A stretch of DNA of 64,000 bases from IMG/VR virus record IMGVR_UViG_3300045119_000497; one strand, written 5' to 3'. Shown piece after piece: positions 46,672-55,745 of the stretch; the first letter of the stretch is position 1, and each line of letters opens with the position of its first letter. The notes under the pieces were generated by a model, which saw nothing but the letters and a program-made list of their open reading frames with translations, made no database searches and was not told where the DNA came from. The position numbers and the translations under genes are program-made. The stretch is from an uncultured virus (IMG/VR IMGVR_UViG_3300045119_000497) (Duplodnaviria > Heunggongvirae > Uroviricota > Caudoviricetes).

Positions 46672-48161
46672 CACCCGTGCCCGGCGCATTCAGGGTGCCA
46701 CACGCTGTGGCCATCGGTGACCCGGTTCGTGTTCGGGACGTTCTGGGCGCAGCGCGCACACAGACGCATCTCGGGTTCGTCGTACTGTGCCAACGTTGAC
46801 TGATAGAGTTCCGTCAACTCGTTGGAGAGTTGCTCGTCGGAACTGACGATGTGAGTAAAGCGACGCGCGAAATCTTCCTCGACGTCGGGAAGTTCGTCCG
46901 GAGCGTTCGCGGCTGCCGCCTGGGCGCGCTTCGTCTCACTGGCGTAGAACGAAATCAGCGATGCGCCTGGCGCAGTCGTGCTTCGCTGCTCGCGCGCTAA
47001 TGCAAGCGCGCAAACACAATCGTCGTTATAGCCTTCCGCAGCCTGGTAGCGGATTCCGCTCGGGATCTGAACGTATTCGAATCCGAGGAGTTCGTTCTTG
47101 ATCGGACCGTCGGGGAACTCGATCTCGCGGCTTTGGATCGAAACCGCGAGACCTTCCATCAGGCGTTGCTTGGAGATGTTGCCGAAATGAAACCCGGTGA
47201 AGTTCCCGTGTTCGACTTGGAGCTCTTCGAGAACCGGGTCGCCAACTCCGGTAGAATCAACGAGCGTTGGAACATCCTCGCCGCAGATTTCGTGGATTCG
47301 TCGAATGGACTCCCGCCAGGGGCGACCTTGCCAGCGGTGAAACTCGCAGACCTGGCCGTGTTCGTTGAGTCCGATTATAACAAGCCAGTCGCGGCTCTTC
47401 GCGAGGTCGATTCCGTAAGCCACCGCCGGGCCGGGAGCCAGTCCTTCGCGCGTGCAGGCGTAGATGTGGTCCTCGCCGAACGGGTTTCCCGAATCGTCAC
47501 TCGCCTGGGCCTCATAGAGTTCGCGGAAGACGTTTTCGGGGAGGTTTCGCCGAGCGTCGTCAATTTCCTCCACGTCGAGAACGTGGGCCGCCACAGCATC
47601 GCGCCACGTGATTAGGGAAAATTTCGCATTCGGATCGAGGCCGCGTTGGACCCGACGAGCCCATTCGTAGAACCAATTCTTCTTGCCTTTGACGTTGCCG
47701 ATAATCACCGCCTGGCCGTTGGTCGCGGTGAGGGTTGAACGAACCGCGTGCCACGCGTCGGCTTTCGACCGACTCGCCTCGTCCATCACGGCGCGTTTTA
47801 CGTCTTCGCCATAGAGCGAGTCTGGTTTGTCGGCGGAGCGAAACGAAACGTCCGCGCCGTTGATGAGGGTGATAGTCGGAACCGGACTCTCGCGCGACGT
47901 GTAGGAGCCGGGGGTGAGTTGCTGCTTGATTCGCTTGAAGGCGATCTGAGCTTGGTCACTCACCGGTGCCACCCACCAGGAGTGGTCACCGGGGTCGTCG
48001 CCGAACGCTCCTTCGAGAATCCACGCAATCGAAGCGACGGTTTTGCCGCTCTTGGTCGATGCTTCGACGAGCTTCCAGCGTTTTGGGTTGAAGATTGCGT
48101 CGTGCTGCTTGGGGTAGAGATAGGGCCGCTCGTAGGCAAGGACGTTGCCAACTAGGGACAA
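46671..48161 (-). CDS. terL: Terminase large subunit
   Basis: Walker A ASTKSGKT, Walker B VMDEA, nuclease IDLA..D, DSTGVGD, DDCVCALALA. Confidence 0.93.
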   Translation of the reverse strand: MSLVGNVLAYERPYLYPKQHDAIFNPKRWKLVEASTKSGKTVASIAWILEGAFGDDPGDHSWWVAPVSDQAQIAFKRIKQQLTPGSYTSRESPVPTITLINGADVSFRSADKPDSLYGEDVKRAVMDEASRSKADAWHAVRSTLTATNGQAVIIGNVKGKKNWFYEWARRVQRGLDPNAKFSLITWRDAVAAHVLDVEEIDDARRNLPENVFRELYEAQASDDSGNPFGEDHIYACTREGLAPGPAVAYGIDLAKSRDWLVIIGLNEHGQVCEFHRWQGRPWRESIRRIHEICGEDVPTLVDSTGVGDPVLEELQVEHGNFTGFHFGNISKQRLMEGLAVSIQSREIEFPDGPIKNELLGFEYVQIPSGIRYQAAEGYNDDCVCALALAREQRSTTAPGASLISFYASETKRAQAAAANAPDELPDVEEDFARRFTHIVSSDEQLSNELTELYQSTLAQYDEPEMRLCARCAQNVPNTNRVTDGHSVWHPECAGHG

Positions 48162-48181
48162 AGATCAGAGCCTTTGTAGTG

Positions 48182-48226
48182 AAAAAAGAGGCCGTCGAGA
48201 GCGATTCGCCCTACAAAACGGCCTCT
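48182..48226 (-). terminator. Intrinsic terminator in the late-operon leader
   Basis: AGAGGCCGT...ACGGCCTCT stem followed by a T run on the minus strand, just upstream of terL. Confidence 0.7.
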
Positions 48227-48291
48227 AAGTTTCGACCAACCCAACGCACGAAAGGCGGAAGGACGCAACTGATACGGCCTCTCGCGGAGCG

Positions 48292-48301
48292 ATTATACCA
48301 T
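48292..48301 (-). promoter_or_regulatory. Extended -10 promoter (TGgTATAAT) for the late operon
   Basis: Perfect TGnTATAAT on the minus strand about 130 nt upstream of terL; no consensus -35. Confidence 0.55.
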
Positions 48302-48333
48302 CTGGCGGAAAACAGCCCTATGATAAAGGGGTA

Positions 48334-48361
48334 TTGCCAACACCTCAAAAAGTGCTATAAT
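48334..48361 (+). promoter_or_regulatory. Sigma70-type promoter of the HNH-like gene
   Basis: TTGCCA-16 nt-TATAAT with a TG extension. Confidence 0.6.
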
Positions 48362-48383
48362 ACAAAGGCTTACGAGCCAGGGC

Positions 48384-49004
48384 ATGATTTGCATCCAGGA
48401 GGGCATTATGCGGCATACAAGAACCAATGCTCGCATTGAAAAGGCATTATTCGAATTTGAGACTCAAGTTAGACAAAGCGGTTCTATATATACACCGACC
48501 TGCAATGGATGTGGAAGAAATTTAGGTCCCTTTGATTTGAAAAGTGGTCTCTGTCCTAGCTGTCGATCTTTAAGATATAGAGCACGAGAAGTCAAGAAAC
48601 AAAAGAAACAAATGGGAAGCCAAGTTGGCTTGATAGCTGTACTTAAACGTCGACTTACCTCAGCTACACAACGTGCAGGGAATATGGTCTTTGCTGATGG
48701 ACGCAGATTGCAAATAACGATAACAATGCCGTTCCTTATAAAATTATACGATCAACAAGAAGGAAAATGCGCGATTTCAGGACGTCCATTATCATTAGGA
48801 GCAGAGGTTCTCAACGGATTTGATCCAAACACGATTTCGCTAGATAGAAAAGATCCAAACAAAGGATATTCAATGGACAATGTCCAACTTACAACCCTAC
48901 AAGTAAATATAGCAAAAGGGCGATCTACGGACGAGGAATTTATTAAGATGTGTGAGGACGTAGTTGCAAATAAGAATCAGAAAGCAAGTCCTGTAAGCGA
49001 ATAA
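48384..49004 (+). CDS. HNH-like putative homing endonuclease (antisense to the late operon)
   Basis: QQEGKCAISG..ISLDRKDPNKGYSMDNVQL..VNIAK; AT-rich; probable start at the ATG after AGGAGGG (~48408). Confidence 0.75.
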   Translation: MICIQEGIMRHTRTNARIEKALFEFETQVRQSGSIYTPTCNGCGRNLGPFDLKSGLCPSCRSLRYRAREVKKQKKQMGSQVGLIAVLKRRLTSATQRAGNMVFADGRRLQITITMPFLIKLYDQQEGKCAISGRPLSLGAEVLNGFDPNTISLDRKDPNKGYSMDNVQLTTLQVNIAKGRSTDEEFIKMCEDVVANKNQKASPVSE

Positions 49005-49419
49005 CTATCTCGTTTGAAATTCTCGCTGCACAATCCTGCAAAGCCATCTCATGTTTATACATTGCAGTCTTGTGATCGCAATGTAATTTGCGTCCAAGCC
49101 AACGCCAAGATCGCAAGTGTCGGCCTGAAATAGGATGTACTAACATTCTATAATGTAGAAGTTTGCGATAAATGTCATAGTTACAGAGATTTGGTAAAAG
49201 AAGAATTTCATCCATAATAGGAATTTCTTCCTTTGACGGAGCGCTAGCTCGTAAAGGAATGTTGCCTCGAAAGTCTAAAACTTCAAATTGATCTTGAGAA
49301 TACTCGGGCCAAATTACTTTGAGACGTCTCGGACCAATACTAGTACTAGGCATTGCCACGAGCCGAGCGCCGGCCCATTCAAGCCACGTCTGGAGTTCGC
49401 TGGGCGAGAGATTCGACAT
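48943..49419 (-). CDS. DUF6362-like HTH protein (putative Q-type late regulator)
   Basis: LEWAG..L..MP..WPEY..PSKEEIPIMDE..SWRWLGRKLHCDHKT pattern; upstream of the late promoter. Confidence 0.65.
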   Translation of the reverse strand: MSNLSPSELQTWLEWAGARLVAMPSTSIGPRRLKVIWPEYSQDQFEVLDFRGNIPLRASAPSKEEIPIMDEILLLPNLCNYDIYRKLLHYRMLVHPISGRHLRSWRWLGRKLHCDHKTAMYKHEMALQDCAARISNEIVIRLQDLLSDSYLQLRPHTS

Positions 49420-49877
49420 TAGAGTTGAATCGTCCCACGTCCGAGCCACTGAATGAGCGGGTCGGGAGCGATGAGACCGAACGAGAGGGTGGATTGAGGA
49501 CGTGGAGCGTCGGGAGTGAGATTCTTGACCAAGACGAGCGGCTTCGTGGGCCGGTCCAGAGCGCGCGAAACGACCGGACAATAAAGCGAGCGAAGTTTGG
49601 GGAGGGCGCTAGGGACCCAGGTGTTTTTAATCTCAATGACGATCGTGTAGCCGAAGTCGTTGTCGTGGATTAGAATGTCGGGACAACAGGCGCTGCGGAC
49701 GCCTTCCGAGGCGGTGTAATAGAACCAGGGGTTGTGTTCGAGGGACATTGACTTCGGAAGAATCGACTTGAGCATCCTCGCCGCTTTGCGCTCGAAGAGA
49801 AGTCCTTGGTACCCGGCCGCATTGGAAGCGCGACTATTGTGGACCCGCTCAGGTGCTCGGGAAGCGGAAAGGATCAC
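49419..49877 (-). CDS. PD-(D/E)xK nuclease
   Basis: GLLFE..PDIL..VIEIK motifs. Confidence 0.7.
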   Translation of the reverse strand: MILSASRAPERVHNSRASNAAGYQGLLFERKAARMLKSILPKSMSLEHNPWFYYTASEGVRSACCPDILIHDNDFGYTIVIEIKNTWVPSALPKLRSLYCPVVSRALDRPTKPLVLVKNLTPDAPRPQSTLSFGLIAPDPLIQWLGRGTIQL

Positions 49878-49888
49878 CGACGGAATCC

Positions 49889-50062
49889 CTAGGCCGCCAC
49901 TCGGGGTTGGTCGTTAGTTTCGCGGCCTTTGCCGAAGGCCGGCGACCGAATCGGGAGGGCTACGACTTTCGCGGTCGGTTTCGAAGCGATCTTTTCGACG
50001 GTCCAAACCAGTGGCCGTCGGGCGCCGAGGCGAAAGGGAGTGGAGGTTTTGATCCTATTCAT
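49889..50062 (-). CDS. small basic hypothetical protein (57 aa, not in ORF track)
   Basis: Hand-translated MNRIKTSTPFRLG...QPRVAA; overlaps the stop of the upstream gene. Confidence 0.4.
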   Translation of the reverse strand: MNRIKTSTPFRLGARRPLVWTVEKIASKPTAKVVALPIRSPAFGKGRETNDQPRVAA

Positions 50063-50642
50063 CGTCCTGGTCCTGGTGTTCGATTACGAGACCTTCGTCG
50101 TCTTTCGGCCGGATGTCCCGTTTTCCCATATTAAAGGTGATCTTCACCGGCGGATTCGCAATCGGAGTTGCGTTCTTAATCGGAGTGTGGGTCCGATCGC
50201 CGGTGTCGACCATCAAGCGCCGGAGTTCGTCGATCGGAATGTCCTTCATCTTCGTGGGGTCTTCGAGGCGTTGGATGATTTCGCCCCGTGCGAGGTCGTT
50301 GATGTCGGCGTAGTCGCGATAGGCAAGAGCGGCGCCCGAGAGGTCGATCTCCTCGATTTGGGTCCGGTAGTACTCTACGAGATCGGCGAAGGCCGGGTCG
50401 CGCTTCAGATCGCCAATGCGCTGGGCGGAGCGCCCCACTTCGATCCCCACTTCGACGTCGGACTTTCCCGCCGCCACGAGCCGCGCCGCGCGTTGATGGA
50501 CTTCGCGCAGGCGTTGGACGATCGGAGGTGAGGTCAGTGGGTGGTCATTCACAGCTACAAACCTGAAGAGATCATCGGAGGTTAAATGTCTTTCGACGGT
50601 CATCATGAAGAGGACGGGAGGTCGGCCCCGCTTTGGTAGCAT
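50055..50642 (-). CDS. Putative terminase small subunit (HTH)
   Basis: AAGGAGG RBS; HQRAARLVAAGKS..EVG..RI..LKRDPAF HTH; head of the late gene block. Confidence 0.6.
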   Translation of the reverse strand: MLPKRGRPPVLFMMTVERHLTSDDLFRFVAVNDHPLTSPPIVQRLREVHQRAARLVAAGKSDVEVGIEVGRSAQRIGDLKRDPAFADLVEYYRTQIEEIDLSGAALAYRDYADINDLARGEIIQRLEDPTKMKDIPIDELRRLMVDTGDRTHTPIKNATPIANPPVKITFNMGKRDIRPKDDEGLVIEHQDQDDE

Positions 50643-50804
50643 CGCCGGTCCTCCTTTGGTGAATTTCGAAACGAATCGCTTGTGAACGAATCTTTCGACG
50701 TGTTACGAAGGTATGAACTCAAGAAAGTGGAGAAAAATTCAGGAAGTGCTGATGCGTTCTTTGACTTAGCAACTCTCGATTGAGGCTCCAACGGGGGGTG
50801 GGTC

Positions 50805-50835
50805 GGGAAACGCGAGGCTTTCGCCCCGCGCTCCC
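50805..50835 (-). terminator. Intrinsic terminator
   Basis: CGCGGGGC-GAAA-GCCTCGCG followed by TTT, after the 50866 gene. Confidence 0.6.
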
Positions 50836-50865
50836 TTCCATTCGACTCAACCCGCGAGCGGTCGA

Positions 50866-51414
50866 TTACAACTCCATCGTCTCTTTGCTCGCTGCCGGCG
50901 TCCGTTTGGTTTCGCGCTTCGGACCGGCAGTCGTACCGGCTTCAAGTGCTTCGCGGATCGTGGTGTCGTAATACTTCGCCCGGTTCTTTTCGCTCGCCGC
51001 GTTGCTCTCGATCAACTTGGTACGCGCGAGGCGATCCGCGGCGCTCATGGCCTTGATGGCCGCCGCGTCCCAGCCCTTCGCGGAGTCGGTCAATTCCGCG
51101 ATCTTGTCCCGATACACCGCATCGAACGCATCGTTCGACTTGGCGCTCGGTAGCGTAGTGCCGCTCGCCGCTGCCGCTGCGGCCGCCTCCGGCGATACGC
51201 CGTTGCGGTTCGCCACGACTCGGTTGCGGAGATACTCGGCGTAACCGTGCGCCACCGCGAGCGGCGAGGTCGGCGCTACGATCTTGAACACCGCGCCGTC
51301 CTGTTCGCCGTAGGCGAAACCCTCGTGGATGCGAAAGCCGCGCGCGGCCAGCGCCGTATTCAAGTCGTCTTGTGAGAACACGAAACCCGAAGGGGTTTGA
51401 TTGCCTTGTGCCAT
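50866..51414 (-). CDS. Probably highly expressed hypothetical protein ending in ...KETMEL
   Basis: Own promoter and terminator, strong codon bias, GGAG RBS. Confidence 0.75.
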   Translation of the reverse strand: MAQGNQTPSGFVFSQDDLNTALAARGFRIHEGFAYGEQDGAVFKIVAPTSPLAVAHGYAEYLRNRVVANRNGVSPEAAAAAAASGTTLPSAKSNDAFDAVYRDKIAELTDSAKGWDAAAIKAMSAADRLARTKLIESNAASEKNRAKYYDTTIREALEAGTTAGPKRETKRTPAASKETMEL

Positions 51415-51588
51415 GTTAGAAACTCCGTTTGGATTGGTGGTAGTGATCGCTGGCGATGCGCGCCAGCTCGCTCCGTTGGCCTGCGGCTATCGCGTAGCCC
51501 TTACGCCGTGCGCGATCATGGCAAGCCTTCCCTCCCGCTTCTGCTCCGGAACCGGGCTGCCCCGGTGTTGGGTAGAACCAACAAAAAG

Positions 51589-51617
51589 ATAGTACGCGCG
51601 CGCATGTAGGATTGCCA
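51589..51617 (-). promoter_or_regulatory. Sigma70-like promoter (TGGCAA-17-TACTAT)
   Basis: Spacing and near-consensus hexamers upstream of the structured leader. Confidence 0.45.
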
Positions 51618-52219
51618 CAACTTTTTTCGTTCGCGTGTGCGATTTTTCGCGCAGCACTAGAAAGTGTTGCGGCTAGGCCACATGCGGTTTGCTGGCCCTG
51701 TCGTGGTGCTACAATGCCCTATTTCGGATTGGCTATCGAGATACGACTTAACTCATTCCCTGCCCTCTGCGGCGTTTTCCCGTTTAACGCGAGTTCGGAG
51801 TCGCAACTCACTCTCGCCTGACGTGTGGGGAGATACGACTCGGAGTTTCGCAGCATACATGGGGGGCACCCCCAAAGGCATACAAAAACCCGTGAGTCCG
51901 ATAAGTAAATGCCCCAAGCATCATAGACAAACAATGGAATATCTTAACAGTTCTAGTATATGGGGGTCGGCCTCAGAGGGTAGATTCTACTGACTATCAT
52001 CCTCGCTCGACTGCTATCCTCTCCCGACCTCAAAAACGTCTTCTTCTGAAAAAAATAATAGTCGAGAAAAAAGTTTTTTTCTCACAATTATTATTCGGAC
52101 CCCCCGTTAAGGTATGCCCGCAGGCAGGCTCCCTCACCCCCACATACTGAAACTACTAACGCAACCCGTTACTTACCTCTATTATCGCCCCCAAGCAACA
52201 TATACCGGAGTGCCCTCCC

Positions 52220-52885
52220 ATGCCAATAACCCAACAACGCATGATAACTCTAGTCAAATCGTCACTATTCTACACCAATATGGTCAACGACCTGCGGAAA
52301 ATACTCTACATCTATGTTTCGCAGGCCGAACGCGCGATGAAAAGCCTCGACGACTCGGACAATCTTTCCGAAAAGCAAAAGGAACAAATCACGGTGATTT
52401 GGGAAACAATCCGCGGAATCGTAGACAGAGTCGACCCAATCCTTCCCGAAGAATTCGAAGCATATCGAAACATCATTAAGGAATCGACTCATTTCAACGC
52501 GCAACGAATAAGTCATAACAACGCCCAGGCGAGATACAATCGCCGCTTCAGGGCGAAAAAATACGTCGAAACAGGCAACAACGTCGGCGAACCAATCAAA
52601 CGTCGCCCACGAGCACCGACCGAACAGGAGCAACTATTACACGAACTTCACCGACGACTTTGGTTAATAGAAGAAAAAGAATCCTGGCGAGCATCAGAGC
52701 TGATCGACGTTATTTCAGCTACAATTCCTAAGCAATCGCCAACAGCAATTCTTAACGAATTGACTGAAACAAAGCGAATTTCCCACATTCGGGCAACAAA
52801 CACTTACGTTATTGAGAATCCAAATATACGAGGAAACGAGACAACAAATCAGACGACCGAAGAGCCTCTTACCGACACGGAATGA
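52220..52885 (+). CDS. hypothetical protein, possible C-terminal winged HTH
   Basis: GGAG RBS; WRASELIDVI..AILNEL..RI..TYVI; AT-richer. Confidence 0.6.
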   Translation: MPITQQRMITLVKSSLFYTNMVNDLRKILYIYVSQAERAMKSLDDSDNLSEKQKEQITVIWETIRGIVDRVDPILPEEFEAYRNIIKESTHFNAQRISHNNAQARYNRRFRAKKYVETGNNVGEPIKRRPRAPTEQEQLLHELHRRLWLIEEKESWRASELIDVISATIPKQSPTAILNELTETKRISHIRATNTYVIENPNIRGNETTNQTTEEPLTDTE

Positions 52886-52925
52886 GCTATGCGTTTAACG
52901 CGGGTCTCCTATGCAAAATCAGGGT

Positions 52926-52954
52926 ATGAACAATCCGCGAACACCGGCTATAAT
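52926..52954 (+). promoter_or_regulatory. Early promoter (ATGAAC-17-TATAAT)
   Basis: Perfect -10 upstream of the early operon. Confidence 0.5.
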
Positions 52955-53011
52955 CGAGGCCGGGCCACTCCGACCCGACTAGGCTCATGCCCCGACTAGA
53001 GGTGACGCGAA

Positions 53012-53413
53012 ATGACCGCACCGCAAGCGCAACTCATAATCGCCTTTGACGGCGCAACCCTTCGGATCGAAGCGCCCGGCCAGAACGGCGCGCGAAAGAG
53101 GGTCGAAGGCATCGCCTTTTCCGACCTTCCAATCGAAATCCGGGCGGAACTCACCGACCAGCTTGACCGCCAGCGGACCGCTCAGCGGGCGAAACTCATG
53201 GCCACACAGTCTCAGAACATCCAATATGTCGCCGAGACCCACAACATCGCCCTCGCGCGAAAGGTGTGGGGCAACGACGTCGCCGAGTCGCGCGTCATGC
53301 GGGCCAGGCTTCGCTACTCCAGTCCCGAAGCCGGAAACATCGACGCAAGCGGCAAGCCCAAAGCGGCGAAGCGCGAAACCACAAAGTCACTCCCGCCTCC
53401 AATGGACCTGTGA
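53012..53413 (+). CDS. hypothetical early protein ending in ...PPMDL
   Basis: GAGGTG RBS. Confidence 0.75.
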   Translation: MTAPQAQLIIAFDGATLRIEAPGQNGARKRVEGIAFSDLPIEIRAELTDQLDRQRTAQRAKLMATQSQNIQYVAETHNIALARKVWGNDVAESRVMRARLRYSSPEAGNIDASGKPKAAKRETTKSLPPPMDL

Positions 53414-53421
53414 GGCCCGCC

Positions 53422-53676
53422 ATGATCCAAATCTACCGTCGCGACGGCCTTTTCCTCCTATTCGACAACATTCGCAACGCCACCTACCGCATCGCCTCCA
53501 CGTCGCAACACGACGCCAAAGCGACCATTCTGCGTGCTAGTCTCGCGTCCGAAGCCGATTGGCTCGACTCCGAAACGCTCGACCGCGCCCTAAAGTGCGT
53601 TGCGCGACAGCGCCAGCCCGAGCGTGGCACGTCTGCGACTGCGACCCCAACCCAATCCCAAGCCATGGAGCTCTAA
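53422..53676 (+). CDS. hypothetical early protein ending in ...SQAMEL
   Basis: GAGG RBS, ATG at 53422. Confidence 0.7.
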   Translation: MIQIYRRDGLFLLFDNIRNATYRIASTSQHDAKATILRASLASEADWLDSETLDRALKCVARQRQPERGTSATATPTQSQAMEL

Positions 53677-53678
53677 CA

Positions 53679-53861
53679 ATGCAAGTCGGCATTCAAATCT
53701 ACACCAAACGCGGCTTCTACGGCCCGTCCATCGAGAAGTCGATGCGCACCGTGGCCGAACTCCCGAAGGTTCTCGCGGAGGTGTTCGACGAAACACCCGA
53801 CCAATGCGAGGACCAGAAGTTTCTCGACTGGACCAAAATCGAAGTGGAGATCCGGCGATGA
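53679..53861 (+). CDS. hypothetical protein
   Basis: GGAG RBS, coupled. Confidence 0.6.
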   Translation: MQVGIQIYTKRGFYGPSIEKSMRTVAELPKVLAEVFDETPDQCEDQKFLDWTKIEVEIRR

Positions 53862-54064
53862 CCCAAGTTCGCGAATACTTTCGTTTTCACCAAGACAAGG
53901 CCTCATCACCATTCGACATGGTAATTGAGGAAGCAGGTCTGAACGGCGGCTTCACCTTCTATCGCGAAGAAAAGGACGGCGAAGTGTGGAACGTCAAAAC
54001 CTTCGCCTACCTGTCCGAAGCCTTCGCTTACTTCGCCCAACAACTCAAAGAATGCGGGAGATAA
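53858..54064 (+). CDS. hypothetical protein
   Basis: ATGA-coupled MTQVREYF... Confidence 0.6.
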   Translation: MTQVREYFRFHQDKASSPFDMVIEEAGLNGGFTFYREEKDGEVWNVKTFAYLSEAFAYFAQQLKECGR

Positions 54065-54069
54065 TCTCC

Positions 54070-54330
54070 ATGTCCATCTTCACCCGACGCCACTACATCT
54101 ACCTTGCCAGCGTGGCGCGTGACGCTCGGCGTGAGGCGCTCGGCACGACGGAAAATCCGCTCGTCTTAGAGGGTGTCGACTTCGCCATCTCATCCCTCGC
54201 CATCGCACTCGCGGGCGAAAGCGACGGTTTCGACAAGGACCAGTTCCTCCGCAACGTCTACGGCCCCTTTCTCGACAACGAAACCTCGGAGCATGAGAAA
54301 TGTCCAGCTCTACCGACACCATCGAACTAG
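54070..54330 (+). CDS. hypothetical protein
   Basis: MSIFTRRHY..FDKDQFL, a common small phage protein pattern. Confidence 0.6.
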   Translation: MSIFTRRHYIYLASVARDARREALGTTENPLVLEGVDFAISSLAIALAGESDGFDKDQFLRNVYGPFLDNETSEHEKCPALPTPSN

Positions 54331-55745
54331 AAATCCAACAGCGACACGGAATTCGCCCCGGACCCTATCTGCGCGGCGTCCACCCGACTCCCAACTACCC
54401 AACCGACTCAGCGGGAATACTCGCCGACTGGCTCGTCTCGCTTGGCGTAGATGCGATCAAAGCAACAGCGATGTCGCCCTCCGGCCGCCAGAACGCCTAC
54501 AACGCCGGCCGCGAATGGGTTCGACGCAATCTCTCCGAAGACAAACCATTCGTTCCCGGTCGCCAATTCAAGCGCCACCGCGGCGTGGGGCAGATGGACC
54601 TCACCGAGGGCTTCGCCCCCAACGAAGTGATCGGACTGCTTGGCGGAACGGACACTCCAGCTCCAACTCCTGTTGGCGACGAGATGCCAACCAGCGAAGC
54701 TCTCATCGACGCCATCGCACGCACCGCGGACCCTCTGATCGCTAAGCGCCTCACCGATGCCGAGCAGCGCCTCCAACGCGCAAGCGCAGCGGTTATCAAG
54801 TCCGAAGTGGAGCGCCAGGTCCGGCCGCAGGTCATCGCTGAGGTCGAGAAACTTAAAATCGCCGTCTTGGAGGAGACCAAAGCGAAGATCAGCGAAATCG
54901 CCACGCAAGCGGCCCAGGCGGAAACGGAACGACTAATCAACGAACGAATTCCTCGCAGGTTGGAGATCATCTCACCCCGCGGACGCAAGATCCTCGACGC
55001 CGAGCCACGCCATGAAGCCTTCGACCGGATTTTCTTCTGGCTCGCCCTGAAGCGCCACGTCTATATCGTTGGGCCGCACGGCACTGGCAAGACCCACCTG
55101 TTCAAACAACTCGCGCAGGCCCTTGACCTGACTTACTTCCCAATTGGCCAGACGTTAACCAAGTACGAACTCTCGGGTCACAAAGGTCCGACCGGCGAGT
55201 ACATCGGCACCCTCTTGCGCGAAGCGATCGAAACCGGCGGCTTCGTCGGCATCGACGAGGGCGACACCTGGGCGGCCGCCGCGATGGTCTTTCTCAACAC
55301 CCCACTAGCGAACGGCTATTGTTCCTTCCCCGACAAGGTCGTCCAGGTCCACCCCGACTTCGTTTGCGCCATCGCCGCAAACACCTGGGGCCACGGAGCG
55401 ACCATGCAATATCAAGGCCGCAACCCACTCGACGCAGCCTCGCTCGACCGCTTTGCGTTCGAAGAGGTCGACTACGACGAGAACCTCGAAATCCAGCTCT
55501 ACGGCAACACGGCGTGGACCCAATACTGCCACCGAGTTCGAAAGGTCGCCCGCGAGTTGCGGATCTACGAAGCCGCCCCGTCGATGCGCGGAATTGAAAT
55601 GGGGAATTTAGCATTGGACGCAGGCGGAGACGCCGACCTCGTCCAGAAATCCGTCCTCTGGAAGGGCCTCGCCCCCGACACCGTAGCGAAGATCAAAACC
55701 CAAGCCGGCACATTCGGCAAAGTTAACATAAGAGAAGTCGCATGA
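54300..55745 (+). CDS. AAA+ ATPase (CobS/MoxR-like, AAA_5)
   Basis: GPHGTGKT, IDEGD, ANTWG.G, GRNPLDAASLDRF. Confidence 0.9.
   Translation: MSSSTDTIELEIQQRHGIRPGPYLRGVHPTPNYPTDSAGILADWLVSLGVDAIKATAMSPSGRQNAYNAGREWVRRNLSEDKPFVPGRQFKRHRGVGQMDLTEGFAPNEVIGLLGGTDTPAPTPVGDEMPTSEALIDAIARTADPLIAKRLTDAEQRLQRASAAVIKSEVERQVRPQVIAEVEKLKIAVLEETKAKISEIATQAAQAETERLINERIPRRLEIISPRGRKILDAEPRHEAFDRIFFWLALKRHVYIVGPHGTGKTHLFKQLAQALDLTYFPIGQTLTKYELSGHKGPTGEYIGTLLREAIETGGFVGIDEGDTWAAAAMVFLNTPLANGYCSFPDKVVQVHPDFVCAIAANTWGHGATMQYQGRNPLDAASLDRFAFEEVDYDENLEIQLYGNTAWTQYCHRVRKVARELRIYEAAPSMRGIEMGNLALDAGGDADLVQKSVLWKGLAPDTVAKIKTQAGTFGKVNIREVA

Noticed and set aside
52973..53001. Direct repeat CCCGACTAG x2 in the early leader
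   Set aside because: Only two short copies; could be an operator but indistinguishable from chance.
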